IMG/VR virus record: IMGVR_UViG_3300042862_000198
Coordinates: 1 to 64,000 of that record
Length of the DNA stretch: 64,000 nt
Origin: a virus
Direction: 5' to 3' (one strand)
This document shows positions 37,727 to 47,466 of this stretch, one piece after another. Within the stretch, counting starts at the first letter, position 1; every line of letters begins with the position of its first letter. Below the pieces are notes generated by a model. That model did no database searches. It had not been told where the DNA came from and saw nothing but the letters and a program-made list of their open reading frames with translations. The position numbers and the translations under genes were made by a program.

Positions 37727-38203
37727 ATGTCAGTAGGAAATTTAAAAACAGATGGTCAAAAAGGAAATAACTTTCCTTGGCAATTAAAAATGCTAAAAGG
37801 ATTACAAGGTATTATTAATGCTATTGCTTCATCAACTAATATAAATATTATAGGGCCATTAGGACAAAGAGCTTGTAGTGATTCAGTTTCTACAACTTTG
37901 TGTGATAATCAAGCTAATGTACCAATTTTGCCAGGTATAAATACAGTTACTGGACTTAAAAATATGGCCTTTTATACTGGAGGAAGTGCAAAATTATTAA
38001 CACTATCAATTTATAATCAAGACACTACTGTTTCTATTTTAGTAAGTACAGATAATGGTGTTACTTATGTTTCTGTTCCTAAAGGTGTAACAATTAATTA
38101 TGATGCCGCAGGATTACTAAATTATTTTAATCCAAGTAGAATATACATTAATCAAAATTCAGCTACATTAAATCCACTTATTATTTATACATATACATTA
38201 TAA
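37727..38203 (+). CDS. putative structural protein
   Basis: MSVGNLKTDGQKGNNFPWQ; late-promoter-like motif upstream. Confidence 0.6.
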   Translation: MSVGNLKTDGQKGNNFPWQLKMLKGLQGIINAIASSTNINIIGPLGQRACSDSVSTTLCDNQANVPILPGINTVTGLKNMAFYTGGSAKLLTLSIYNQDTTVSILVSTDNGVTYVSVPKGVTINYDAAGLLNYFNPSRIYINQNSATLNPLIIYTYTL

Positions 38204-38391
38204 TGTCTACAAGTATTAATACTAATAAAGTTCTTGGTAGTACAAGTGGCACATCAATAATAACAGATGGAGGGGGGGATGTAGTTACTAGCATTGTTGA
38301 TTCTTTTAAGACAAGGGTATTAGCTGATGGAGGTGTGTTCGAGGCTGAACCTTGTATACTAGCTCAATTAACACTTTTAAATAATATATAA
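38203..38391 (+). CDS. small hypothetical protein
   Basis: FKTRVLADGGVFEA; coupled on both sides. Confidence 0.6.
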   Translation: MSTSINTNKVLGSTSGTSIITDGGGDVVTSIVDSFKTRVLADGGVFEAEPCILAQLTLLNNI

Positions 38392-39584
38392 TGAGTTTAT
38401 TAACAGATGCAAGTTTAATTGTAACACCCAACGCTTATAAGGCAAGCAAGTTATATTCTGTTATTCCAAACACAGTTTTGGGCGATATGAATATTGTAAG
38501 AGCAACAACAGCTACAAGGGTAAATAGTGCAGGACTTATAGAAAGTGTTGCTATCAATGTTCCACGTTTAGATTATACATTAGGTAGTTGTCCAAGTATA
38601 TTGGTAGAGCCGCAGAGGACTAATTTAGTTTTATATAGTGAGCAGTTTAATAATGCAGCTTGGGATAAAGGAATAGGAGGAAGTATTTCAGCTAATTCAG
38701 TTATTTCACCAAGTGGAACTTTAACTGCAGATGCTTATACTTGGGCATCTTCAACAGTTTCATTTGCTTATTTATCACAAACTGTAGCAGCAATATCTCA
38801 AATTTCAAATACATTTTCTATATGGTTAAAAAGACCACTTGGTTCAGGAAGTCGTACAATAAGGCTTAATATTAGTGATCTATTTATTTCAACTGCACCT
38901 TCTTCTACTTTTACAGTTACAGAAACTTGGCAACGTTTTGAATTTACAAGAGCAAGTCCAAACACTACAGGAAATGTTGGGGTTGGACTTATATTTGGTA
39001 CATCAGGTACTCCTATTGCAGCAGGAGAAATCCTTGATGTATGGGGAGCTCAACTCGAAGCAGGCTCATCCCCAACATCCTATATTTCAACAACAGCAGC
39101 TACAGTAACACGAAATGCTGATGTAATTAGTAAGACAGGAATAAGTAGTTTGATAGGGCAGACTCAAGGGACTATCTATGCTGAAATCAATAATACTTTA
39201 ATGACATCTTATTCAACAGGTTATGTTATGAGAATATTTGCAGATGCTAATAATGAAGTATGGATAAGAAAAGAAGCAGGTTCAAATAAATATACTGCAA
39301 AATGGAGAGCTAATAGTGTAGATGTTTATACTCAATCAAATATATCTGTTTTAAATGGAAATAATAAGATTGCTATTGCATACAAAACAGGTGATTCAGC
39401 TGTATACTTAAATGGTACACAAATAGCAACAAGTGCAAGTACAGGAGCTTTTTCTGTAGCACCGAGTCAAATTGGTATAGGCTCTTCAAGTACTGCTGAT
39501 TTCTTTAATGACAGAATTGAATTAGCTACTCTATTCCCTACAAGATTAACGAATGCACAATTAGCAACCTTAACAACTCTATAA
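38391..39584 (+). CDS. head/tail spike-fibre protein with lectin-like domain
   Basis: RATTATRVN, PRLDY, LVEPQRTN, WGAQLEAG, TSYI.T..TVTRNAD. Confidence 0.75.
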   Translation: MSLLTDASLIVTPNAYKASKLYSVIPNTVLGDMNIVRATTATRVNSAGLIESVAINVPRLDYTLGSCPSILVEPQRTNLVLYSEQFNNAAWDKGIGGSISANSVISPSGTLTADAYTWASSTVSFAYLSQTVAAISQISNTFSIWLKRPLGSGSRTIRLNISDLFISTAPSSTFTVTETWQRFEFTRASPNTTGNVGVGLIFGTSGTPIAAGEILDVWGAQLEAGSSPTSYISTTAATVTRNADVISKTGISSLIGQTQGTIYAEINNTLMTSYSTGYVMRIFADANNEVWIRKEAGSNKYTAKWRANSVDVYTQSNISVLNGNNKIAIAYKTGDSAVYLNGTQIATSASTGAFSVAPSQIGIGSSSTADFFNDRIELATLFPTRLTNAQLATLTTL

Positions 39585-39862
39585 TGAACATCTACAAACT
39601 CAAATACATAACTAAAGCAGATGCTGAAAAAGACCTACAAAAAAAAGGAATCCTTGACTATTGTGAGGGTGTCCACGCAGTAGTTGAGATAGGTAAAATT
39701 ATCACTACTGATGGCATTTATGATGAAGAAGGCAATGAACTTAATGCTCCTGTATATGCTGATGGCTACCATTACGATGTGATGTGTGAGCAAGACATAG
39801 ATTTTGGAAGTAACTCAATAGAAGTAAACAACCCAAAACACGTTTTTTTAGGACATAATTAA
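39584..39862 (+). CDS. fibre-associated small protein
   Basis: VVEIGKI...GYHYDV...PKHVF. Confidence 0.6.
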   Translation: MNIYKLKYITKADAEKDLQKKGILDYCEGVHAVVEIGKIITTDGIYDEEGNELNAPVYADGYHYDVMCEQDIDFGSNSIEVNNPKHVFLGHN

Positions 39863-39880
39863 AATTATTATATTATATAT

Positions 39881-40369
39881 ATGAAATATTTATTATATTT
39901 ATTGTTAATTATTTTAGTTAGTTCTTGTTCTCTTGAAAAAAGATTAGCAAAGTATTGTCCACTATGTGTACAAAAAGATAGTACAGTAACTATAATACAA
40001 ATCAAAGATACTACAATTGTAATACCTGGAGAAACTATAACCTTAATTGACACTTTATATTGTGATTCATTAGGTAATATTATATCTAAACTAAAAGAAG
40101 ACTTAAGAGATAAAGATGGTACTTTAGTTAGTGTGCAAACTAAGATTAAAGATAATGTGTATTACACAAAAGCTAAAGTTCATACAATCTATAAAACAAT
40201 TAAAGGTAATGATGTCTATCATACCAGAGTTGTTACCAAAACTTTAAAACCAGAAAAAATTAAATACATTCCATGGTGGGTAAATTTCTTTGCTGTACTA
40301 GGGGTAATACTATTTATTATACTACTTGTATACTTTGGTTACAAGCTGATTAAACTTTATTTATTATGA
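39881..40369 (+). CDS. putative unimolecular spanin
   Basis: Lipobox LVSSC, C-terminal TM, next to holin. Confidence 0.6.
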   Translation: MKYLLYLLLIILVSSCSLEKRLAKYCPLCVQKDSTVTIIQIKDTTIVIPGETITLIDTLYCDSLGNIISKLKEDLRDKDGTLVSVQTKIKDNVYYTKAKVHTIYKTIKGNDVYHTRVVTKTLKPEKIKYIPWWVNFFAVLGVILFIILLVYFGYKLIKLYLL

Positions 40370-40833
40370 AAACACAATTATCACTATTACTAATATCTAT
40401 ACAACAAGAACTTTTGACTTTAATATCTATTTGCCTTGCATTCTTTTTACCAATCTCAGGAATACTGCTAATGATTGGAGTATTAATAGCTATTGATACT
40501 TTTACAGGGATATGGAAAGCTAATAAGTTAAATGAAAAAATTACTAGTAGAAAACTATCAAGTATAATTAGCAAATTAGCACTTTATGAGGTAACTGTAA
40601 TTATGTTTTTTCTTATAGACAAATTTATTCTTAATGATATCATACTAACTTTTTTTAGTGTACCATTTATGTTAACTAAAGTAGTAGCATTGGTCCTAGC
40701 TAGTATAGAAGTAATGAGTATTAATGAGAACTACAAAGTAGTAAAAGGCATAGACTTATGGCAATCAATGAAGTTATTATTTGCTAGAGCTAAGGATATT
40801 AAAGATGATATAACTAAAATAAACAAAAAATGA
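40366..40833 (+). CDS. phage holin (holin-4-like)
   Basis: IDTFTGIWKA, ITSRKL, IEVMSINEN; several TMs. Confidence 0.8.
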   Translation: MKTQLSLLLISIQQELLTLISICLAFFLPISGILLMIGVLIAIDTFTGIWKANKLNEKITSRKLSSIISKLALYEVTVIMFFLIDKFILNDIILTFFSVPFMLTKVVALVLASIEVMSINENYKVVKGIDLWQSMKLLFARAKDIKDDITKINKK

Positions 40834-41429
40834 CTACTAAAGAACAAAGATTACAAGAATTAACTAATATTGCTCCAACAGTATCAGTCAAAATGGATAT
40901 GGAATGGTTAAGTTCAACTACTAATACTGCAGATTTTCAGATCCGGTTAACAAATACTGGAACAACAGTAGTTAAATTAAATGCTTTAATTATACGTGGT
41001 GTACATGCTCCAAAGTTAACAACAGGAGCAATAACCTGGAAAGCACTAAATGACAATACTGATCCGGCATGGTTAGGTTGGCCTAAAGTAACAACTAACT
41101 TACCGTATATCTCAGGACAAAGAAAATTAAATTTTTCTTCAGCAACAAATATCTTTACCAATGAGACAGCTCCTATTATACCTACTGACAAAGGAGTAGT
41201 AGTTGGAACTTTTAGGATTTCTACAACAACAACATGGAATCCAAATACTGACTTTAAATTTGTATGGGAAATGACAACAGGGGGAGTAGTAGGTTATGTA
41301 AATTTTGAAACACAATCTTCAACTTCATTACTACCAGTTGGTTTTATGCATTATGGACCAACAACATCTAATTCAATAGGTAAATGCTTAACAGTAACAG
41401 CACCAAGTACACAACCTTTAAGTAAATAA
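40830..41429 (+). CDS. beta-sandwich hypothetical protein
   Basis: DFQIRLTNTG; sits between holin and lysin. Confidence 0.6.
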   Translation: MTTKEQRLQELTNIAPTVSVKMDMEWLSSTTNTADFQIRLTNTGTTVVKLNALIIRGVHAPKLTTGAITWKALNDNTDPAWLGWPKVTTNLPYISGQRKLNFSSATNIFTNETAPIIPTDKGVVVGTFRISTTTTWNPNTDFKFVWEMTTGGVVGYVNFETQSSTSLLPVGFMHYGPTTSNSIGKCLTVTAPSTQPLSK

Positions 41430-41435
41430 AGTTAA

Positions 41436-42029
41436 ATGTTATATACTAGAGAACAAATAGAAAAAGCAGTAAAAGAAAAAGGATACACTTATTTTAAAGG
41501 TCCTGGAAACTATGATGTTAATATAGTAGGAGTAAGAAACTCTGATACTGGTAAAACAGTAACTAATCTATTTGATGATAAGATAACTCTATCTTATAAG
41601 TTAGATGGAGTATGGCAGTATCATGAATGGGACAACACAACTGAGCCCGGTAAAAAAGGAGTTACACAATATCACAATGCTAATGGTGTAGCTAGATTAG
41701 TACCAGGACAATATAGAGGAGTATATGCCATATCTAAGCACCAAGGAAAGTATGAAGCTCTGTGCCAAAGACTAGGTAATGTGACTGTATGGAGAGATAA
41801 AAATAAAAACATGACCTTTGATGAAGTTGAAACAGATACAGGAATGTTTGGTATAAATATACACAAGGCAGGTTCAGTATCAAACTTTGTAGAGAATTGG
41901 TCAGAAGGATGTCAAGTATTTAAAAGATCAAAAGATTTTGATGCGTTCATGAAAATAATAAATAAAGCAAAAGACTTTTATGGTAATCATTTTACATATA
42001 CTTTACTAGAAAGTAAAGATATTAAATAA
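41436..42029 (+). CDS. putative endolysin, L,D-transpeptidase-like
   Basis: GINIH...WSEGCQV His/Cys motif; in lysis cassette. Confidence 0.65.
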   Translation: MLYTREQIEKAVKEKGYTYFKGPGNYDVNIVGVRNSDTGKTVTNLFDDKITLSYKLDGVWQYHEWDNTTEPGKKGVTQYHNANGVARLVPGQYRGVYAISKHQGKYEALCQRLGNVTVWRDKNKNMTFDEVETDTGMFGINIHKAGSVSNFVENWSEGCQVFKRSKDFDAFMKIINKAKDFYGNHFTYTLLESKDIK

Positions 42030-42043
42030 TTAAACAAACAATT

Positions 42044-42202
42044 ATGAAATTTAGAAACAACTGGAAATCAGCAAGAAAACAATGGGATAAGATATCTATA
42101 AGACTTAGATTATCTTCAGTAGATGTATTTACTTTAGAGATAGATATCTATAGAGAATTTTACATGCTAACAATATTAAACTTAACTATTAAAAACAGAT
42201 AA
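42044..42202 (+). CDS. small hypothetical protein (52 aa)
   Basis: MKFRNNWKSARKQWDKISIRLR. Confidence 0.6.
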   Translation: MKFRNNWKSARKQWDKISIRLRLSSVDVFTLEIDIYREFYMLTILNLTIKNR

Positions 42203-42204
42203 TC

Positions 42205-42510
42205 ATGAAAGATAGTAAAAATCAAATAATTAGATCTATGAAAAGTTATGAAACAGGAGGATCATCAGATGACCCTTGTATGGAGACTGTTATGGTAGAT
42301 GGTTGGCCAAAACGTAGAAGAAGACCTAAATGTGGAAAAACTAAAACATTTAGAGTTAGAAGTGCTGGAGAAAAATTAGGTCTTGGTGCTAAAATAGCAG
42401 CAGGAGCAGGTGCAGTAGGTTTAGGTATTGCAGAACTTACAAATAAAACTGTAAGTAATATGTTTAAGAAAAAACAAAAAAAAGGAGGCATTATTAAAAC
42501 TAAAAAATAA
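42205..42510 (+). CDS. small basic protein
   Basis: Ends KKGGIIKTKK. Confidence 0.65.
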   Translation: MKDSKNQIIRSMKSYETGGSSDDPCMETVMVDGWPKRRRRPKCGKTKTFRVRSAGEKLGLGAKIAAGAGAVGLGIAELTNKTVSNMFKKKQKKGGIIKTKK

Positions 42511-42531
42511 AACTCTTATTTAAGCTATAAT

Positions 42532-42565
42532 AATCCAGGTAATTTAATTTATCTGGATTTTTTTT
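42532..42565 (+). terminator. intrinsic terminator
   Basis: AATCCAGGTAA-loop-TTATCTGGATT plus T-run. Confidence 0.65.
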
Positions 42566-42627
42566 GTTTAAATATTTTTTATTTAAACTTTTATAGTATA
42601 TTTGTTTAAACTTTAAAAATATAAACA

Positions 42628-42897
42628 ATGGAAAATGTAAATCAACAAGAACAAGAATTAGATTTAACTCCTGAACAGTTAACAGAACGTAAGGAACAAA
42701 TGCTTTCTTTTTATACTGAATCTTTACCTTATTTAGAAGCTCAATTAAAATATGAAAGTTTACTAACTAGCATAGATGAAATAAGATTTAAAAGAACTAA
42801 TATTCAAATGCAGTATGCTATGTTAGCATCAGAAATGCAAGAAGGACCAGAAGAAGAAACTACTGAACCTACTAAAAGAACATTAAAGAAAAAGTAA
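42628..42897 (+). CDS. coiled-coil hypothetical protein
   Basis: 89 aa, promoter element upstream. Confidence 0.7.
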   Translation: MENVNQQEQELDLTPEQLTERKEQMLSFYTESLPYLEAQLKYESLLTSIDEIRFKRTNIQMQYAMLASEMQEGPEEETTEPTKRTLKKK

Positions 42898-42899
42898 TC

Positions 42900-43277
42900 A
42901 TGGCTTTAGTTAACCAGGTACAGAAACGTGTAAAAATGCCCAAGTGGGACATTGTTAAATTTCAGATTTTAACTCATTGTTATGTTAATCATATAACAAT
43001 GAGTGATTCTGATCTTAACTGTCTTACTCTATTAAGTTTTAACCAACCTATAGAACTTACTCATTTTTGTTATGATGCTTCTGCAGAAGATGAAAAAATA
43101 TTTAAATCTTCTCAAACAGTAAGAAATTCTTTAAATAAATCAGAAAAAAATAATCTTATAATAAAAGATGATAGTAATAAAAAAATTATAATGTTAAATC
43201 CAAGTTTAAAAATACAAACTCAAGGTAAAATATTATTAGATTATAAATTTTTAGATAATGATTCCGAAGAAGTATAA
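42900..43277 (+). CDS. putative winged-helix protein
   Basis: SSQTVRNSLNKSEKNNLI. Confidence 0.5.
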   Translation: MALVNQVQKRVKMPKWDIVKFQILTHCYVNHITMSDSDLNCLTLLSFNQPIELTHFCYDASAEDEKIFKSSQTVRNSLNKSEKNNLIIKDDSNKKIIMLNPSLKIQTQGKILLDYKFLDNDSEEV

Positions 43278-43647
43278 CATATTATACAAACATGTTGCAG
43301 AAGAATTAAATATTAGTGAAACACTTGTTGAAGATGTAATTTCTTTTTATTATAAAGAAGTAAGACAAAATCTTAGTAATCTAGTTTTTCCAAGAATTAA
43401 CATTGAAGGATTAGGACATTTTATTATAAGAACTAAACTTGTTAGAAATGCAATACCAAGATATACTAATTCACTTGAAAATCATGATACATCAACATTT
43501 GCAGCTTATTATAATAAAAAAGGTATTGAAACAAAATTAGAATTATTAATAGAACTAGATAAAATAATTCAACAACAAGAACTTAAAAAAATAAATTTTA
43601 TAAAAAATAAAAATGAAAAACCTTTTAACAACTCTGTGGAAGAATAA
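43258..43647 (+). CDS. HU/IHF-like DNA-binding protein
   Basis: VAEELNIS..LVEDVI...INIEGLGHF. Confidence 0.65.
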   Translation: MIPKKYNILYKHVAEELNISETLVEDVISFYYKEVRQNLSNLVFPRINIEGLGHFIIRTKLVRNAIPRYTNSLENHDTSTFAAYYNKKGIETKLELLIELDKIIQQQELKKINFIKNKNEKPFNNSVEE

Positions 43648-43915
43648 AAAACAAATTCTAGAAGGAGTAAAAAATTCTATTATTAGAGATGAATTTGTAG
43701 AAGAAGTAGCAAGAATAAGATATGATATCTGTAATACTTGTGAACTTAAAGGAAAAAAATGTGCAGTAAAAGGTACTGCTCCATGCTGCAATGAATGTGG
43801 ATGTTCTTTAACATTTAAGACTAGATCTTTATCTTCATCTTGTCCTCATCCAGAAGGTGCAAAGTGGGAAGCAATTATGAGTCAAGAAGAAGAAGATAAA
43901 CTTGATGCATTATGA
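43613..43915 (+). CDS. Cys-rich zinc-binding protein
   Basis: RYDICNTC..CNECGC..KT....SCP..KW. Confidence 0.7.
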   Translation: MKNLLTTLWKNKKQILEGVKNSIIRDEFVEEVARIRYDICNTCELKGKKCAVKGTAPCCNECGCSLTFKTRSLSSSCPHPEGAKWEAIMSQEEEDKLDAL

Positions 43916-44745
43916 GTATTACATTTAATGCCATAGATCATAGTTATAATAGTATAAACACTGAAGGTATAGACTGGATTAGTGTAACAACTCTTGTTTC
44001 TCATTTTAAGAAATCCTTTGATGCTAAAAAGGTTGCTGAAAAAGTTTCTAAAAATAAAAAATCTAAATGGTATGGTATATCACCAGATGAAATTCAAAAT
44101 ATATGGAATGCTGAATCTACAAGAGCAACTACACTAGGAACTTACTATCATAACCAAAGAGAATCTGATTTATGTGCATTAGCATCTATTGAAAGAGAAG
44201 GTTTTACAATTCCAATATTTTCACCACTACCAGAAAAAGATGGTATAAAATATGCTTCTATACAAAAGTTAGAACCAGGAGTATATCCTGAACATATGAT
44301 GTATCTTAAATCAGTTGGTATTTGTGGACAATCAGATTTAGTAGAAATAGTAAATGGTAAAGTAAATATCATAGATTATAAAACTAATAAAGAAATAAAA
44401 ACAGAATCATATACAGATTGGGAAGGTAAGTCAGATAAACTATTACCACCTCTAGATAATTTAGATGATTGTAATTTTAATCACTATGCCTTACAATTAA
44501 GTATTTATATGTATATTATACTTAAGCATAATCCTAAATTAAAACCTGGAAGAATATTTATCCATCATATTTCATTTGAACAAGAAGATGTTGATAAATG
44601 GGGATACCCAATAGCTAAACTTAATTATAATAATGAACCCATTGTAAAAGAAGTACTTCCAATTGCAGTTCCTTATCTAGTTGATGAAGTAATAAGCATT
44701 ATGCATTATTTGCATGATAATAAACATAAAGTAAAAAAGAAATGA
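43912..44745 (+). CDS. PD-(D/E)XK exonuclease
   Basis: SVTT, GTYYH, GQSD, IIDYKT, YALQLSIY. Confidence 0.85.
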   Translation: MSITFNAIDHSYNSINTEGIDWISVTTLVSHFKKSFDAKKVAEKVSKNKKSKWYGISPDEIQNIWNAESTRATTLGTYYHNQRESDLCALASIEREGFTIPIFSPLPEKDGIKYASIQKLEPGVYPEHMMYLKSVGICGQSDLVEIVNGKVNIIDYKTNKEIKTESYTDWEGKSDKLLPPLDNLDDCNFNHYALQLSIYMYIILKHNPKLKPGRIFIHHISFEQEDVDKWGYPIAKLNYNNEPIVKEVLPIAVPYLVDEVISIMHYLHDNKHKVKKK

Positions 44746-45257
44746 TTGTAAGATTATTTGATGTTCAGAATGGTGTGGTTATTCCTACAGAACATTGTTA
44801 TACACTAAAAGCCCTTAAAGATATAATGGATAACTATCCAGAAGATCATCTTAACATATATTTATATCTTTTTTATATGACTTGTCCTAATCCAGATTTG
44901 AATCCTTTTTTTCATACTCCTGAGATTGATAAAGAAAGTATTATTCTAAAAGAAATAAATGCTGAATTTTCTACAGAAGATGATGATATCTTTATTGCTT
45001 TACAGTTTTGTCAAAAAATGTATGAAACTCCTACATCAAGAGCTTATAAAGGAATGGCTTCTATGTTAGATAGATTAGCTAAATATATGGAGACTACACA
45101 GATTACAGCAGGAAGAGATGGTAATATTAATTCACTAGTAGCTGCAGCCAAAAACTTTGACCAGATTAGAGCATCATTTAAAGGAGTATATAAAGATCTT
45201 CAAGATGAACAATCTAGTAAAGTTAGAGGTGGAATTGGTATGGCTTATGATCAATAA
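44742..45257 (+). CDS. putative terminase small subunit
   Basis: Directly upstream of TerL; helical, ends VRGG. Confidence 0.5.
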   Translation: MIVRLFDVQNGVVIPTEHCYTLKALKDIMDNYPEDHLNIYLYLFYMTCPNPDLNPFFHTPEIDKESIILKEINAEFSTEDDDIFIALQFCQKMYETPTSRAYKGMASMLDRLAKYMETTQITAGRDGNINSLVAAAKNFDQIRASFKGVYKDLQDEQSSKVRGGIGMAYDQ

Positions 45258-45259
45258 TT

Positions 45260-47461
45260 ATGAGTGAAATATATCAAGACATACCCTGTTGGGATAATGG
45301 TACATGGACAACAGTATCATTTGATTCTAGAGAAGAATTTTCTAACTCTATTGCTGAAATATTTTCTGAACCTGGAAAGTATAAATTTGATGATACAAGT
45401 TTTCTTTTTAATCAAGAAGCAGTAAGGTTTAGAGAACAAAATGTATATTGTACATTTCCATTTAGATCTAAAGATTTTATAAATTATTGGGACAATCAAA
45501 AAGAAAAATGCAGAAAAGGAGTGTTCTATATAAAAGATACCAAGAAATGGTATATTACAAGAGACTACTATATGTGGTTAAACTTTTTACCAATCTTTGA
45601 TAAAGAACAACAGAAGTTTGACTTTGCAAAAATTAGAGATGCTCAGTATCATATGGCACTATATGAACTACTTGCAGAACTTAATTATAAACATGTTGCT
45701 ATTCTAAAGAAACGTCAGATAGCATCTTCTTACTTTCATATATCTAAGTTACTTAATCAGCTTTGGTTTGAGTCAGGGGTTACACTTAAAATAGGTGCTA
45801 GTCTTAAAGATTATATAAATGAAAAAGGTTCATGGAAATTTCTTGCAGAATATGCTGCATTTTTAAATGAACATACTGCTTGGTATAGACCTATGTCTCC
45901 TGATAAAGTTTTAATGTGGCAACAAAAGATTGAGGTAAGAAAAGGGGATAGAAAAACAGAAGTTGGTCTCAAAGGTACAATGCAGGGGATGTCATTTGAA
46001 AAGGATCCAACAAATGGTGTAGGTGGACCAGTAAAATATTTCTTTCATGAAGAAGCTGGTATAGCACCAAAGATGGATCAGACTTATGAGTACATGAGAC
46101 CGGCAATGAGATCAGGTTTAACAACTACAGGAATGTTTATTGCTGCAGGATCAGTTGGTGATTTATCACAATGTAATCCATTAAAGGATATGATGCTTAA
46201 TCCTACATCAAAAGATATTTATGCTATTGAAACTGATCTTATAGATTCTAAAGGTACTGTAGGTTTGTCAGGTTTATTTATTCCTGAACAATGGTCAATG
46301 CCACCACATATTGATGAGTATGGTAATTCACTTGTAGAAGAATCATTAAAAGCTCTAGATGAACAGTTTGTTAAATGGAAAAATGAATTATCTCCAGAAG
46401 ATTACCAATTAAGAATATCTCAGCATCCAAGAAATATTGAAGAAGCTTTTGCACATAGATCTGTATCTGTTTTTCCTCCACATCTAGTAGCTGCACAACA
46501 AAGAAGAATTGAAGAAAAAGAATATTCATATGAATTTTTAGATATTTCTACAGATGAAAATGGAAAGCCTACTGTTAAACATTCTAATAAACAACCTATT
46601 AAAGAGTTTCCAATAACTAAAAAAACTGAAGATAAAACAGGAGTATTAGTTGTATGGGAAAGACCAATTAAAGATCCAACATTTGGACAGTACTATGCTT
46701 CAATTGACCCTGTATCTGAGGGAAAAACAACAACATCAGAATCATTATGTTCTATATATGTAATGAAAGCTCCAGTAGAAGTTACAAAAGTAACCGGAAC
46801 AGAGACAGAAACTTACATAGAACCAGATAAAATTGTAGCAGCTTGGTGTGGTAGATTTGATGATTTAAATAAAACACACCAGAGATTAGAATTAATTATA
46901 GAATGGTATAATGCATGGACAGTTATTGAAAATAATATTTCTTTATTTATACAGTATATGATATCTAGAAAGAAACAAAGATTCTTAGTACCTAAGAGTC
47001 AGATCATGTTCTTAAAAGATCTAGGTGCTAATGCTAATGTGTTTCAGGAATATGGTTGGAAGAATACTGGAACCTTATTTAAACAACATCTTCTTAATTA
47101 TGCTATAGAATATACTAAAGAAGAATTAGATGTAGAAACTAAAACAGATGGTACTATAGTAAGAACTAAATATGGCATAGAAAGAATACCAGATCCTATG
47201 TTATTAACAGAAATGAGAGAATATGCAGCAGGTGTCAATGTGGACAGACTAGTTTCTTTTGCAGCTTTAGTTGCCTTTATGAGAATACAACAATCTAATA
47301 GAGGTTATGCAAAAAGAGTTATTATGGATGATGCAGCAAAAAACTTGCAAAAGTCAGAAAATTTGTTTAAATTAGATAGAAGTCCGTTTCGTCACATGGG
47401 AAATAATAATCTTGCAAAAGGTAGAGGATTTAATAAATCTGCTTTTAGAAACTTAAAGTAA
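45260..47461 (+). CDS. terL: terminase large subunit
   Basis: LKKRQIASS Walker A variant, HEEAG Walker B, SIDPV and NVDRL nuclease motifs. Confidence 0.9.
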   Translation: MSEIYQDIPCWDNGTWTTVSFDSREEFSNSIAEIFSEPGKYKFDDTSFLFNQEAVRFREQNVYCTFPFRSKDFINYWDNQKEKCRKGVFYIKDTKKWYITRDYYMWLNFLPIFDKEQQKFDFAKIRDAQYHMALYELLAELNYKHVAILKKRQIASSYFHISKLLNQLWFESGVTLKIGASLKDYINEKGSWKFLAEYAAFLNEHTAWYRPMSPDKVLMWQQKIEVRKGDRKTEVGLKGTMQGMSFEKDPTNGVGGPVKYFFHEEAGIAPKMDQTYEYMRPAMRSGLTTTGMFIAAGSVGDLSQCNPLKDMMLNPTSKDIYAIETDLIDSKGTVGLSGLFIPEQWSMPPHIDEYGNSLVEESLKALDEQFVKWKNELSPEDYQLRISQHPRNIEEAFAHRSVSVFPPHLVAAQQRRIEEKEYSYEFLDISTDENGKPTVKHSNKQPIKEFPITKKTEDKTGVLVVWERPIKDPTFGQYYASIDPVSEGKTTTSESLCSIYVMKAPVEVTKVTGTETETYIEPDKIVAAWCGRFDDLNKTHQRLELIIEWYNAWTVIENNISLFIQYMISRKKQRFLVPKSQIMFLKDLGANANVFQEYGWKNTGTLFKQHLLNYAIEYTKEELDVETKTDGTIVRTKYGIERIPDPMLLTEMREYAAGVNVDRLVSFAALVAFMRIQQSNRGYAKRVIMDDAAKNLQKSENLFKLDRSPFRHMGNNNLAKGRGFNKSAFRNLK

Positions 47462-47466
47462 AAAAC

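Noticed and set aside
43912-44745. Cas4 of a CRISPR system
   Set aside because: Generic PD-(D/E)XK nuclease without the four-Cys cluster pattern or cas context
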